From: Anaerolineales bacterium
GTDB taxonomy: Bacteria > Chloroflexota > Anaerolineae > Anaerolineales > UBA11657
Assembly: GCA_036011785.1 (NCBI GenBank)
Contig: DASCOB010000217.1
Location: 1-52,483, forward strand
DNA length: 52,483 nt
Reading direction: 5' to 3'
Under the pieces are notes generated by a model. The model was not told the origin of the DNA. It saw nothing but the letters and a program-made list of their open reading frames with translations, and ran no database searches. Both the position numbers and the translations under genes were made by a program. Shown piece after piece: positions 9,801 to 17,530 of the stretch (position 1 is its first letter; each line of letters starts with the position of its first letter).

Positions 9801-9956
9801 GGCGGCTTCAAGACCGAGGGCTTTGTGCATGTGGAAGACGCCGTCGTCAGAGCAGGTGGTGCGCGCCTGCAGCAGCGGCCAGATTGAAAACAAGCCAAAG
9901 AGCAGCGTGGTTACTTGCGGCAGGCTTCGCCGCGCCCGCCGCGCGGCTGCGCTCAT
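6831..9956 (-). CDS. PTPS-related (PF10131-type) giant membrane protein, putative GT-C glycosyltransferase, with three C-terminal LYW/PPG modules
   Basis: 1041-aa ORF. Motifs WFPRWSPHMAHGFGYPLYNFYAPLGSY, FPWRMLGV and YYLGWRVSVDG...VPAGEHELRVYF. Paralog of 2169-4742. Three tandem modules lie at about 8096-7668, 7613-7278 and 7232-6834. Confidence 0.7.
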   Translation of the reverse strand: MSAAARRARRSLPQVTTLLFGLFSIWPLLQARTTCSDDGVFHMHKALGLEAAIQLGHWFPRWSPHMAHGFGYPLYNFYAPLGSYMLAGLHALGFIYPLALHIALALCILLAGLAVFALVRDWWGPWAGLAAAVVYQTSPYLAFNILFRGALAETLALVWLPLILWTLDRALRRESLRWGALAALCFAALIYTHNASALLATPLIAGYAAFISGEQRRRQLLARAAAIMLAGLALSAHFWMPALAERGLVQTEQLLVPPVFTYYTNFLTSAELLAPPVATQPRLINPSPPKALGAIAAGMALLGTATVTLRPARADTRRPKRGAARPLFFFGALLLYGALTLPLTRTLWDALPLLPFVQFPWRMLGVATLCAATLAGAAVRWLASSNRSWVAAAVIATVATLGHLSWWYPRYCAEFAEATIGTMLEYEYNTFTVGTSAKGEFLPKTVRYLPQENTLAEALQAGDTPERLHGLPAGATLDILDPDPLDFRATLRTPEAFSAAYQMFYYLGWRVSVDGQPRPLEVAAGTGLIKFEVPAGEHELRVYFGVTPLRALASSIAVAALLATIAALLAASPRPAACAWRHARAPALLLALPLALLAAKLLLIDRSDNAFQRTSIEAASLGTPLAVSLDNGLDTLAYSVRPDPVPSGGTFEVVLYLTPRSTPQRDYRPLFRLQSVDNLIWNINPHETVPPRWHREPPRTQYWPVEEYAQFARQYQLLPGTPPGEYRLYGTFFDYATLETSKAVTPEGVPQTDRIDLGTVKVVRPPTPASAAALEMQIETGTRLTPEITLLGGSADRRQAGPGGLMTVTLFFHAQTAPSSDEHITLALGGTDFALRLDPTPGFPTSQWRTGDVWRGQHLLRLPADLPDGEHSWTVRASSEGSAITYLVKLRVTAPERIFEPPKVIHPVRLAFGNDILLSGYDWSQPQAHPGEVLEIRLLWHALATPTEDVSVFVHLESLAGELVTQHDGVPLNWTRPSAGWVAGEYVDDPHAFTIPVDAQPGAYRLHAGLVDRVTGERLPITGAGEHTDSRALLGLLTVIP

Positions 9957-9971
9957 GGTGGGGATTGGCGG

Positions 9972-11144
9972 TCAGGCCGCATCGTGCGCGTGAGTGTCGC
10001 TGCGGTCTTTGCTTTCGCGGACCTCGGTGGAGGATGTGTCGAGCCGAAAGTCGTCCTCTGGCAGTTCGTCGAACAGGTCTGCGAAAGCAGCTGGAATGGA
10101 GAGGTCGCTCGCTGTGCGGAAGCGGCCCTGCCAGCGGCGCCCGGCCACCAGGAAGCGGCAGCCCGCTGCTTGGGTGGTCGCCAGCGCGGCGTGCATCTTG
10201 GATTTATCATCGTCGTAATAGCGTGATTGCAGCAAGCGCAGCGCGGTGTCGTAGCCGACCACGAAAACCGAATCTCCAAAACTGGCCGCTTTCTGAACGA
10301 AAAGCGGCCGGCGGGTGAGCACCAGCTGCCATGGCCGACGGAACTGGCGCAGTCGCCGGATAATCTCAGCGTGACTGAGCGCGCCTTTGTCGGCGTTCTG
10401 CACCGAGAGTTCGAATACCACGCGGCGCTGTAAGCGGGCAGCGGCGGCGCGGGCCAGCCGTATGTGCCCAGCGTGCAGCGGGTTGAAAGCTCCGGAGAGC
10501 ACCGCCATGCCACCTAGTGACCGGTCAGCAGCCATGTCGCCATCGGGGCGTATCGTCACTGTATTAACTTTGCCCGCCAGTAAGCTGTCGAGCAGGTCTC
10601 TGCACGCCTCGGAGCTCGTCTTCAGCGCTTCCGTTTCTCCCAGCTGCAGCTCGAGGGCGGGTTCCAGCCCGCATGCTCGCGCCAGCCCTTGCAGCACGAT
10701 TCTGCTGACTAGGACTTCCTCTCCATGGCGCGCACGCGCGCCCTTTTGCAGCGTGATTGCGTATTGGCTGCAGCGCGTGCGCTCGATTACGCACACGCGG
10801 CATCCGTGCTTGCCGCGTTTGGCGTAATCGGTGGCGATGGTGGCGGTGCAGCCGATGCCCACCACCGGCGCGTCGCCCGCGCTCAGGCGCAGCCCGCGCT
10901 GGTAGGCATGACCGGCCATCGACCGAGCCGTCTTCGCGGTGACAAAGCGCCGTGGCTGCGTGCCAAGAAGATCGATGGTGGAGAGCGCGGCGTAACGGTC
11001 AACCGCCTCTAGCACGGTGCGGGATGAGCCGCCCTGGCTGTGCAGCCAGAAGAGCGCTAAGCTGCCCGCTCCGGCAAACTCCAGCACTGCCTGCTGCGGA
11101 GTGGCGTGAATCTCTGCGACCAGTTGCTCTATTTCAGGATGCAT
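9972..11144 (-). CDS. Two-domain protein: CinA-C/PncC-like N-terminal domain fused to a NadD/NMNAT-like cytidylyltransferase-fold nucleotidyltransferase
   Basis: C-terminal half has GAFNPLHAGH (the HxGH motif) and DTSSTEVRE (ISST-type motif). N-terminal half has VLEFAGAGSLALFWL..GGSSRTVLEA, which resembles the CinA C-terminal domain but lacks its ESCTGG motif. The ATG at 11144 is preferred over the GTG at 11147. Confidence 0.6.
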   Translation of the reverse strand: MHPEIEQLVAEIHATPQQAVLEFAGAGSLALFWLHSQGGSSRTVLEAVDRYAALSTIDLLGTQPRRFVTAKTARSMAGHAYQRGLRLSAGDAPVVGIGCTATIATDYAKRGKHGCRVCVIERTRCSQYAITLQKGARARHGEEVLVSRIVLQGLARACGLEPALELQLGETEALKTSSEACRDLLDSLLAGKVNTVTIRPDGDMAADRSLGGMAVLSGAFNPLHAGHIRLARAAAARLQRRVVFELSVQNADKGALSHAEIIRRLRQFRRPWQLVLTRRPLFVQKAASFGDSVFVVGYDTALRLLQSRYYDDDKSKMHAALATTQAAGCRFLVAGRRWQGRFRTASDLSIPAAFADLFDELPEDDFRLDTSSTEVRESKDRSDTHAHDAA

Positions 11145-11401
11145 CACGATTCCGTATTATACGGCGCAATTACAGCTCTGCCGGTACTGCGCACCGTAGG
11201 TGGCCACAAAGCCAAATTCGTCCGCAGCGCATGGCGTGCTGCGGGCCGCTGAAGTACAATTAACCACAGGAGAAAATGCATTCTCGCAAGTGATTCTGTG
11301 GCTAGAACGCCGCCCTTCCGGATGGCGCAATTACTGTGCTCAACTGCCCTGCCGGAGAGATCTACTAAACGGTGTCACTCGGTGGGCCGCAGAGGAAAAC
11401 T

Positions 11402-14086
11402 ATGGAAATTGGCCTAGTAAAACGGATTGACATAGACGGCCAGATGCGCGATGCGTATTTGGATTATGCCATGAGCGTGATCGTGGCGCGCGCGCTCCCG
11501 GATGTGCGCGATGGCCTCAAGCCCGTTCACCGCCGCATACTCTACGCTATGCACGACATGGGCCTGCGCTCCAATGGCCCGTTCAAGAAATCGGCGCGCA
11601 TTGTTGGTGAGGTGCTGGGCAAATACCACCCGCACGGAGACCAAGCTGTTTACGACGCCATGGTGCGTATGGCGCAGGATTTTTCCATGCGCTACCTTCT
11701 CGTCAGCGGACAAGGAAACTTCGGTTCGGTGGATGGCGACGCGCCCGCGGCCATGCGCTACACCGAGGCCAAGATGGCCGCCACCGCCGAGGAGATGCTG
11801 CTTGACATAGACCAAGACACGGTGGATTGGAGCGCCAATTTTGATGACTCGCTGCAAGAACCGCTGGTGCTGCCCGCCCGGCTACCCAACCTACTGCTCA
11901 ACGGCGCCGCCGGAATCGCGGTGGGAATGTCCACCAACATCCCGCCACACAACCTGGGCGAACTGACCGCCGCAATCCGTTATCTGATTGATCGCGATGA
12001 CATCCTTGCTGTCATTGAGGCGCAGGGAGACAAAGCGCCAACCAAATTGGCCAAGAAGTTCGGCCTGACGAAAACGCAGGCCGAGGCCATCATGCGTATT
12101 ATCTTGCACGGCGAAGACGGCCTTGGGAGCCTTGAGGCCGCCGCTGAGGAGAGCGGTCTCGATTTGAGCGAGGAGGCTGGGGATGCCTCGGTGGCCGAAC
12201 TGATGACATTCGTCAAAGGGCCAGACTTCCCCACCGGCGGAGTCATTGTGGGCAGCGATGGCATTTTGGCAGCCTACAGCACCGGCAAGGGTCGCGTGGT
12301 AATGCGCGGGCTGGCACAGATAGAGGAACCGTCCCCGGCGCGACATCAAATCGTCATAACGCAGATTCCTTACCAGTTGAACAAAACCGTGCTAATTGAG
12401 CGCATTGCCCAACTAGCGCGCAGTGGGCGTCTGAAAATGATCGCCGACATGCGCGACGAATCGGACCGGTGTGGCATGCGCATTGTCATCGACCTGAAAC
12501 GCGCGGCGCACCCGCAGGCGGTGCTCAACCAGCTCTACAAATACACCAGCCTGCAGAGCACCTTCGGCGTGCAGCTGCTCGCGCTGGTGGGCGGCGAACC
12601 ACGACTGCTTTCCCTACGGCGGGCGCTGCAACTGTATATCGGCCATCGCCAGGAAATCATCACGCGCCGATCGGAGTTTGAGCTGCGTAAGGCGCTAGAG
12701 CGTGCGCACGTGCTGGAGGGATTGCTCATCGCAATCTCTAACATCGACGCTGTTATCAAGACCATTCGCAAGGCCAAGGATGCTGATGTCGCCCGGGGCG
12801 CGCTGATGAAGCAATTTGACCTGACTGAGGTGCAGGCGCGCGCTATCCTCGACCTGCAACTTCGCCGCCTGGCCGCGCTGGAACGCCTGCAGATTGAGCA
12901 GGAGTATGAGCAGAAGCAGAAACGTATCGAAGAGCTGCAGGACCTGCTGGCGCACCCCAAGAAAATCCTCGGGTTGATAAAAGACGACCTTGAGGTAACG
13001 GCGAAAAAGTACGGTGACGAACGCAAAACGCGTATAGCCTACGATGCCAGCGACGAACTGAGCATCGAAGACATGGTTCCTGATGAGGCCATACTGGTCA
13101 CGATCACCACGCGCGGTTTCATCAAGCGCATGCCGCCGCGCGAGTTCCGGGCGCAGCGTCGTGGCGGCAAGGGCGTCATCGGTCAGGACATGCGCACCGA
13201 GGACGAAATCGATCATCTGTTCTCGACGCGCTCGTTGAAGCCCATTTTGTTTTTCTCAGACAGAGGGAAGGTGTATTCGCAGAAGGCCTATCGCATCCCG
13301 GCCGCGCGCCGTACCGACAAAGGAGTCTCGCTGCACAATATCCTCCCATTGGAAGCCACGGAAAGGATCACAGCTGCCGTGCCGGTTCCCAGCTTCGCTG
13401 AGGCGGAATTCTGCACCATGGTGACGCGCAACGGGAAAATCAAGCGCGTGGCGCTCAGCCAGTTCGAATCGGTGCGCCCCTCCGGGCTGATTGCAATCGG
13501 CCTGGCACGTGATGATGAGCTCGGCTGGGTGCACTTGACGGTCGACAAACAACACATAATCATAATCACCGAGCAGGGGCAGGCGCTGCGTTTCAACAGT
13601 AGTCTGGTGCGCAGCATGGGCCGGCCGGCAGCCGGCGTGAAGGCGATAAACTTGCGCAAAGGCGACCGCATCAGCGGCATGGTGACAGTTACGGAAGACG
13701 GAGAGCTGCTGGTGGTGACCGCAAACGGCTACGGCAAGCGCACGGCCATGGCAGCGTACAATCCCAAAGGCCGCGCCACTATGGGCGTGGCCACCTTTTC
13801 GCGCAAGGCCGTCGCTAAGCTCACGGGGCCTATTGTGGCCGTGCGGAGTGTGCAACCCGACGACCAGATAACCATCATCTCTGTCAACGGGCAGGCTATC
13901 CGCACCACTGTTTCCGATATCCGTCTGCTGGGTCGCGCCACCAAGGGCACGCGCCTTATGAACCTGAAGCCGGGCGATACGGTCGCCTCGGTGGCGCGCC
14001 TTTTGATGGCCGACCTGCCCGATGACGGCGGTGACCAACCTGCGCCCGATGCCGCCAAACTGATAACTGAACCAGCAACCGAGTGA
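11402..14086 (+). CDS. gyrA: DNA gyrase subunit A
   Basis: Motifs [22 protein letters not shown] and AMRYTE (catalytic Tyr region), GPDFPTGG, and repeated C-terminal beta-pinwheel blades. The ATG at 11402 is preceded by AGAGGA. The ORF track starts at 11372. Confidence 0.97.
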   Translation: MEIGLVKRIDIDGQMRDAYLDYAMSVIVARALPDVRDGLKPVHRRILYAMHDMGLRSNGPFKKSARIVGEVLGKYHPHGDQAVYDAMVRMAQDFSMRYLLVSGQGNFGSVDGDAPAAMRYTEAKMAATAEEMLLDIDQDTVDWSANFDDSLQEPLVLPARLPNLLLNGAAGIAVGMSTNIPPHNLGELTAAIRYLIDRDDILAVIEAQGDKAPTKLAKKFGLTKTQAEAIMRIILHGEDGLGSLEAAAEESGLDLSEEAGDASVAELMTFVKGPDFPTGGVIVGSDGILAAYSTGKGRVVMRGLAQIEEPSPARHQIVITQIPYQLNKTVLIERIAQLARSGRLKMIADMRDESDRCGMRIVIDLKRAAHPQAVLNQLYKYTSLQSTFGVQLLALVGGEPRLLSLRRALQLYIGHRQEIITRRSEFELRKALERAHVLEGLLIAISNIDAVIKTIRKAKDADVARGALMKQFDLTEVQARAILDLQLRRLAALERLQIEQEYEQKQKRIEELQDLLAHPKKILGLIKDDLEVTAKKYGDERKTRIAYDASDELSIEDMVPDEAILVTITTRGFIKRMPPREFRAQRRGGKGVIGQDMRTEDEIDHLFSTRSLKPILFFSDRGKVYSQKAYRIPAARRTDKGVSLHNILPLEATERITAAVPVPSFAEAEFCTMVTRNGKIKRVALSQFESVRPSGLIAIGLARDDELGWVHLTVDKQHIIIITEQGQALRFNSSLVRSMGRPAAGVKAINLRKGDRISGMVTVTEDGELLVVTANGYGKRTAMAAYNPKGRATMGVATFSRKAVAKLTGPIVAVRSVQPDDQITIISVNGQAIRTTVSDIRLLGRATKGTRLMNLKPGDTVASVARLLMADLPDDGGDQPAPDAAKLITEPATE

Positions 14087-14090
14087 GGGC

Positions 14091-15449
14091 GTGAACGAAC
14101 TACTCCTTTCCGAGCCGTTGACCACCTATCTGCCGGAAGCCGACCCGGCATTGCTGGCGGAGGTGATGGTCGCGTTTGCCAACAGCGATGGCGGCGCAAT
14201 TGTGCTCGGCGTGGACGAAGCCGGTCGGCTAACTGATGCCCCGATTCACGGGGAGGAACTGGATGGTGCTCTGCTTGCCGCCGAGCAGCGCTGCCGGCCG
14301 GTGATTCCGACCGGATGGGAGCAATTCGAAGCTGCAGAGGGGTCGGCATTCGTGGTGCGCGTGGCGCGCAGCCCCGAGCTGCACGCGCTGGATGATGGCC
14401 GTGTTCTGATTCGTGCCGGTGCCGAGAATCGGCCGCTGACTGGCGAACAGATCCGGATACTGGCCGCCACCAAATCCACCGGCGATTTCGAAGCTGAGGC
14501 GGTGATCGGAGCCACTCGCGCGGATCTGGACGAAGAAGTCGTTGCCGAATATTTGCAAAAACGCGAGTCGCGCTGGCGTCGACCGCTCTCCGGTATGGCC
14601 GACGAGGTGCTGATGGAAATCGGGGCGCTTACGGCGCAGGGGATGCCCACAGTGGCCGGGTTGTTATTGTTCGGGGCCGCGCCGCAGGCGTTATTGCCGC
14701 AGAGCGGGCTTGTCTTCGTTAAGTTTGTTGGTACAGATCCGCGCGGTTCTGATGGACAGGCGGGTTATGGCCGCCGCGAGGAAATCAACGGCCCGCTGGC
14801 GCGCATTATTGAAAATGCATGGCAGCTTGTGCACGAAGAAATGGCGGTCGGTGCAGTGGTGGAGGGGTTAGAGCGGGAGGAAAGGTTGGAATACCCGTCT
14901 TTCGCCGTGCGCGAGGCGCTGGTTAACGCGGTCTGTCATCGGGACTATCGTTTGCAGGGCCGCCGCACAGAGATGCGCATGTTTTCCGATCGCCTGGAGG
15001 TCATCAGTCCGGGCGGGCTGCCCGGCTTCATCACAGTGGACAACATCGTGGAGGAGCATTTTTCACGCAACCCACGCCTAGTGGCGGGAGTGTTCCAGTG
15101 GGGCTATATCGAGGAGCTTGGGCTGGGCGTGGACAGAATGATTGAGACGATGGTGCAGGAAGGCCATCCGCCACCGCATTTCAAAGCGCGGCCGCATGCT
15201 TTTACGGTGACATTGCAGAACAGCCGTGACCGCAAGGTTGCGCCCAGATGGGAAAGTAACATGAACGAGCGCCAGATGCGCGCGCTCACGCACATCCGTG
15301 AGAGCGGCAGCATCGCGAATCGTGAATATCGGCAGCTGTGCCCCGACGTCACCCCGGAGACACTACGCCTGGACCTGGCTGACCTAGTGAGCAAAGGCGT
15401 GCTGCTAAAAATCGGCGCAAAAAAAGGCACCTATTACATCCTGAAATAG
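14091..15449 (+). CDS. AlbA_2 (Schlafen-like divergent AAA) + HATPase_c_4 + C-terminal winged-HTH protein. This class is often mislabelled RecG-like or transcriptional regulator.
   Basis: N-terminal AEVMVAFANSDGGAIVLGVDEAG fits AlbA_2. REALVNAVCHRDYRLQG...EVISPGGLPG fits HATPase_c_4. The tail RQMRALTHIRESGSIANREYRQL...LVSKGVLLKIGAKKGTYY fits a wHTH. The start lies 4 nt after the gyrA stop. Confidence 0.75.
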   Translation: MNELLLSEPLTTYLPEADPALLAEVMVAFANSDGGAIVLGVDEAGRLTDAPIHGEELDGALLAAEQRCRPVIPTGWEQFEAAEGSAFVVRVARSPELHALDDGRVLIRAGAENRPLTGEQIRILAATKSTGDFEAEAVIGATRADLDEEVVAEYLQKRESRWRRPLSGMADEVLMEIGALTAQGMPTVAGLLLFGAAPQALLPQSGLVFVKFVGTDPRGSDGQAGYGRREEINGPLARIIENAWQLVHEEMAVGAVVEGLEREERLEYPSFAVREALVNAVCHRDYRLQGRRTEMRMFSDRLEVISPGGLPGFITVDNIVEEHFSRNPRLVAGVFQWGYIEELGLGVDRMIETMVQEGHPPPHFKARPHAFTVTLQNSRDRKVAPRWESNMNERQMRALTHIRESGSIANREYRQLCPDVTPETLRLDLADLVSKGVLLKIGAKKGTYYILK

Positions 15450-15466
15450 CTGCGTGCACCCCTTAA

Positions 15467-15508
15467 ATATATCCCAAATTTATCCCAACTGACTTGTTTG
15501 GGATATAT
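15467..15508. repeat. AT-rich 12-bp inverted repeat (ATATATCCCAAA / TTTGGGATATAT) with an 18-nt spacer; contains three copies of the 8-mer TATCCCAA (two direct, one inverted)
   Basis: Read directly. Arms lie at 15467-15478 and 15497-15508. An extra direct copy of TATCCCAA lies at 15481-15488. The element sits 18 nt downstream of the AlbA_2 gene stop and is a sharp AT-rich island in GC-rich DNA. Confidence 0.6.
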
Positions 15509-15871
15509 GCGGCTCCCGCGTCACACCCCGCTGTGCTCTAGTCGCTAATTGCGCTGCAGCGCCTAGCCATGATGCTGATACGTCCGACAGAATACACAGC
15601 CAGGCTTTGCAGGATGGCTTGGTTTTGTTACGCCTCCCTGTAGCGGTCGATGTGCTGTTGTTTAGTGGCGGTGAGGGGTGTGGTGACGTCCTGTTTAGTC
15701 TTCCACCAATACCGCCCTCGCCGTTGCTGGATTGAAGCCATCAGGGTACCGTGTCGTGGTGGCACTATATTTGATCCCGGTTAGGTTGACAATTCGCGAG
15801 TCCGCATATCTGTTTTTCGCGCGGCAGATTTCTGCCGGGGAATCAGTTGCTCTCGCCATCTCGATCTGGTG

Positions 15872-16699
15872 CTAGGTTTGTTTCACCGCTCGTACTTGCA
15901 CCGGCTCATCTAGCAGCGCGTGCGCCTGCGCGGAAAACCGTGTCTCCAGTGAGCGGGCAGTGGTGCAAACGACGATGGGCGCGGCAGTTTCCGCGGGTGT
16001 GCTGTGGGCCAGTCCATGTGCGGAAAGTACACGCATGACCTGATCCGCCACAGCCGGCGCCAGGTCGATGATGGTGACGCCGAGGCCAACCATATACTGC
16101 AGTTGCTTTTTCAGAAACGCGTAGTGCGTGCAGCCGAGCACGAGCGTGTCCACGCCGCGTTCCAGCAGCGGCTGCACATAGCGCAGCAGCGCTCGGTGCG
16201 ATTCATGTAGTCATCCCGCGCTACAATCATCTCCACCAGTTCCACTATCCCCGGGCACGCCTGCGTCAGCACGGCGGCGTTGCGCGCGAAACGCTCGAGC
16301 AGACTTGAAAAGAGTTCGCCCTGAAAAGTGGCCTCGGTGGCCAGCACTCCCACCGCTCCGGTTCCAGTGCTGTGCACCGCCGGTTCCATGCCCACGAAGG
16401 GCGTATCGGGGAAGGCCTCCCGCAGCTGGTGCAGGGCGGCCGTGGAGGCGGCGTTGCAGGTGACGGTAATGAGTTTTACGCCCTCTGCGCGCAGCCGGCG
16501 TGTGAACTGCGTGGCGAATTTGCGCACGTCGGCCAGCGGGCGGGTGCCATAGGGAAAGTGCGCGTGGTCTGCTAGATACAGCAAACGTTCTGCGGGCGCG
16601 CTGCCTTATTTCGCACAATACACACAGCCCACCCAGACCGGAATCGAACACGCCCACCGAGCTATCGTTTCCGACGTGATTTCTCTGCCTATCGCTCAC
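15872..16699 (-). pseudogene. murI: Glutamate racemase interrupted by two frameshifts
   Basis: Three consecutive minus-strand ORF pieces in different frames together make a full MurI. Piece 1 (16699-~16600): VGVFDSGLGGLCVLCEIRQR. Piece 2 (16584-~16210): ERLLYLADHAHFPYG...ITVTCNAASTAAL...GVLATEATF...TQACPGIVELVE. Piece 3 (~16205-15872): HRALLRYVQPLLERGVDTLVLGCTHYAFL. The frame changes lie near 16597 (GCGCGCCC run) and near 16210. Confidence 0.8.
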
Positions 16700-16729
16700 C
16701 GCGGAGTACGTTGCGGTGCGGACACGTGG

Positions 16730-17461
16730 CTAGATATGGCCGTTGCCGCAGGCGCTCACTAGCCCGGCGAACAGACCCTGTTGGTCGGGAGTGTTTTGAA
16801 TCCACTCGGGGTGCCATTGCACCCCCACCGCGTATGGATGGTTGGGGATTTCGGCCGCTTCCACTATGCCGTCAGGCGCCACAGCCACCTGCCTCATTTC
16901 GGGTGCGACTTCGCGACAGGCCTGATGGTGCAGGCTATTCACCTCCACGGAGGTGGCTTGCAGCAGCTGCGCCAATCGTGAATCGGGCGTCACATTCAGA
17001 CCGTGCGTGCGCTTGTTGCGCGGGTAGTCGGGGTAGTAATTATGCTTGGCTGCGTTCGGCATCTCAGTGGCGAGGTCACGCCAGAGCGTGCCACCGAGCG
17101 CGACGTTCATGCTCTGGACACCTCGACAGATGGCCAGCATGGGCTTTTCCTCCTCCGCCGCCCAGCGCACTAGTGTAAACTCCATCTCGTCGCGCTCGGG
17201 GTCAATCCGTGTGCAATGGTCTGTGAGGGTGTACCCGTAATGTTCAGGGTGAATGTCTCCACCGCCGGAAAAGACCAAGCCGTCGACGCGGTCGTACAGA
17301 TCGCGTAGCTCAACCGCCTGCAGCCCGAGCGGGATTAGCACTGGCAGCCCGCCTTGGCCACGCACGGCGTCGACGTAGGGATATAGCACGCCGTACAGGT
17401 CTCTTTCGCCGCTGCTGGATTTTCGCCGCGACACGGTGATGCCAATCAGGGGACGGGGCAT
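16730..17461 (-). CDS. Peptidase C26 / gamma-glutamyl-GABA hydrolase-like class I glutamine amidotransferase family protein
   Basis: Motifs RPLIGIT, DGLVFSGGGDIHPEHYG, KPMLAICRGVQSMNVALGGTL (nucleophile Cys) and SLHHQA. The ATG at 17461 (MPRPLIGIT) is preferred; the ORF track offers a GTG at 17512. Confidence 0.8.
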   Translation of the reverse strand: MPRPLIGITVSRRKSSSGERDLYGVLYPYVDAVRGQGGLPVLIPLGLQAVELRDLYDRVDGLVFSGGGDIHPEHYGYTLTDHCTRIDPERDEMEFTLVRWAAEEEKPMLAICRGVQSMNVALGGTLWRDLATEMPNAAKHNYYPDYPRNKRTHGLNVTPDSRLAQLLQATSVEVNSLHHQACREVAPEMRQVAVAPDGIVEAAEIPNHPYAVGVQWHPEWIQNTPDQQGLFAGLVSACGNGHI

Positions 17462-17530
17462 GTTATCTTGCTCTGAGAAAAGAAAAATGGGCGTGAAACC
17501 GGTCGGCGCCACGCCCTGTGGGTGCCCGTA

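Noticed and set aside
2169-9956. Reading the PTPS-related name literally, as 6-pyruvoyl-tetrahydropterin synthase (pterin metabolism)
   Set aside because: The name is a historical family label. These are polytopic membrane proteins of 860-1040 aa that share motifs with YfhO-type GT-C enzymes. Nothing in the sequence supports pterin chemistry, and the folP gene in the window is unrelated and distant.
12001-12190. Possible intein or mobile insertion in gyrA
   Set aside because: The insert is only about 60 aa. It has no Cys/Ser/Thr nucleophile at the junctions, no terminal His-Asn, and no homing-endonuclease motifs. I treat it as a lineage-specific loop or insertion.
15808-15838. Hairpin CGGCAGA-tt-TCTGCCG preceded by a T-run, considered as an intrinsic terminator
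   Set aside because: The T-run precedes the stem on the plus strand, so on the minus strand the stem is followed by an A-run. It therefore fits a terminator in neither orientation. The loop would also be too tight.
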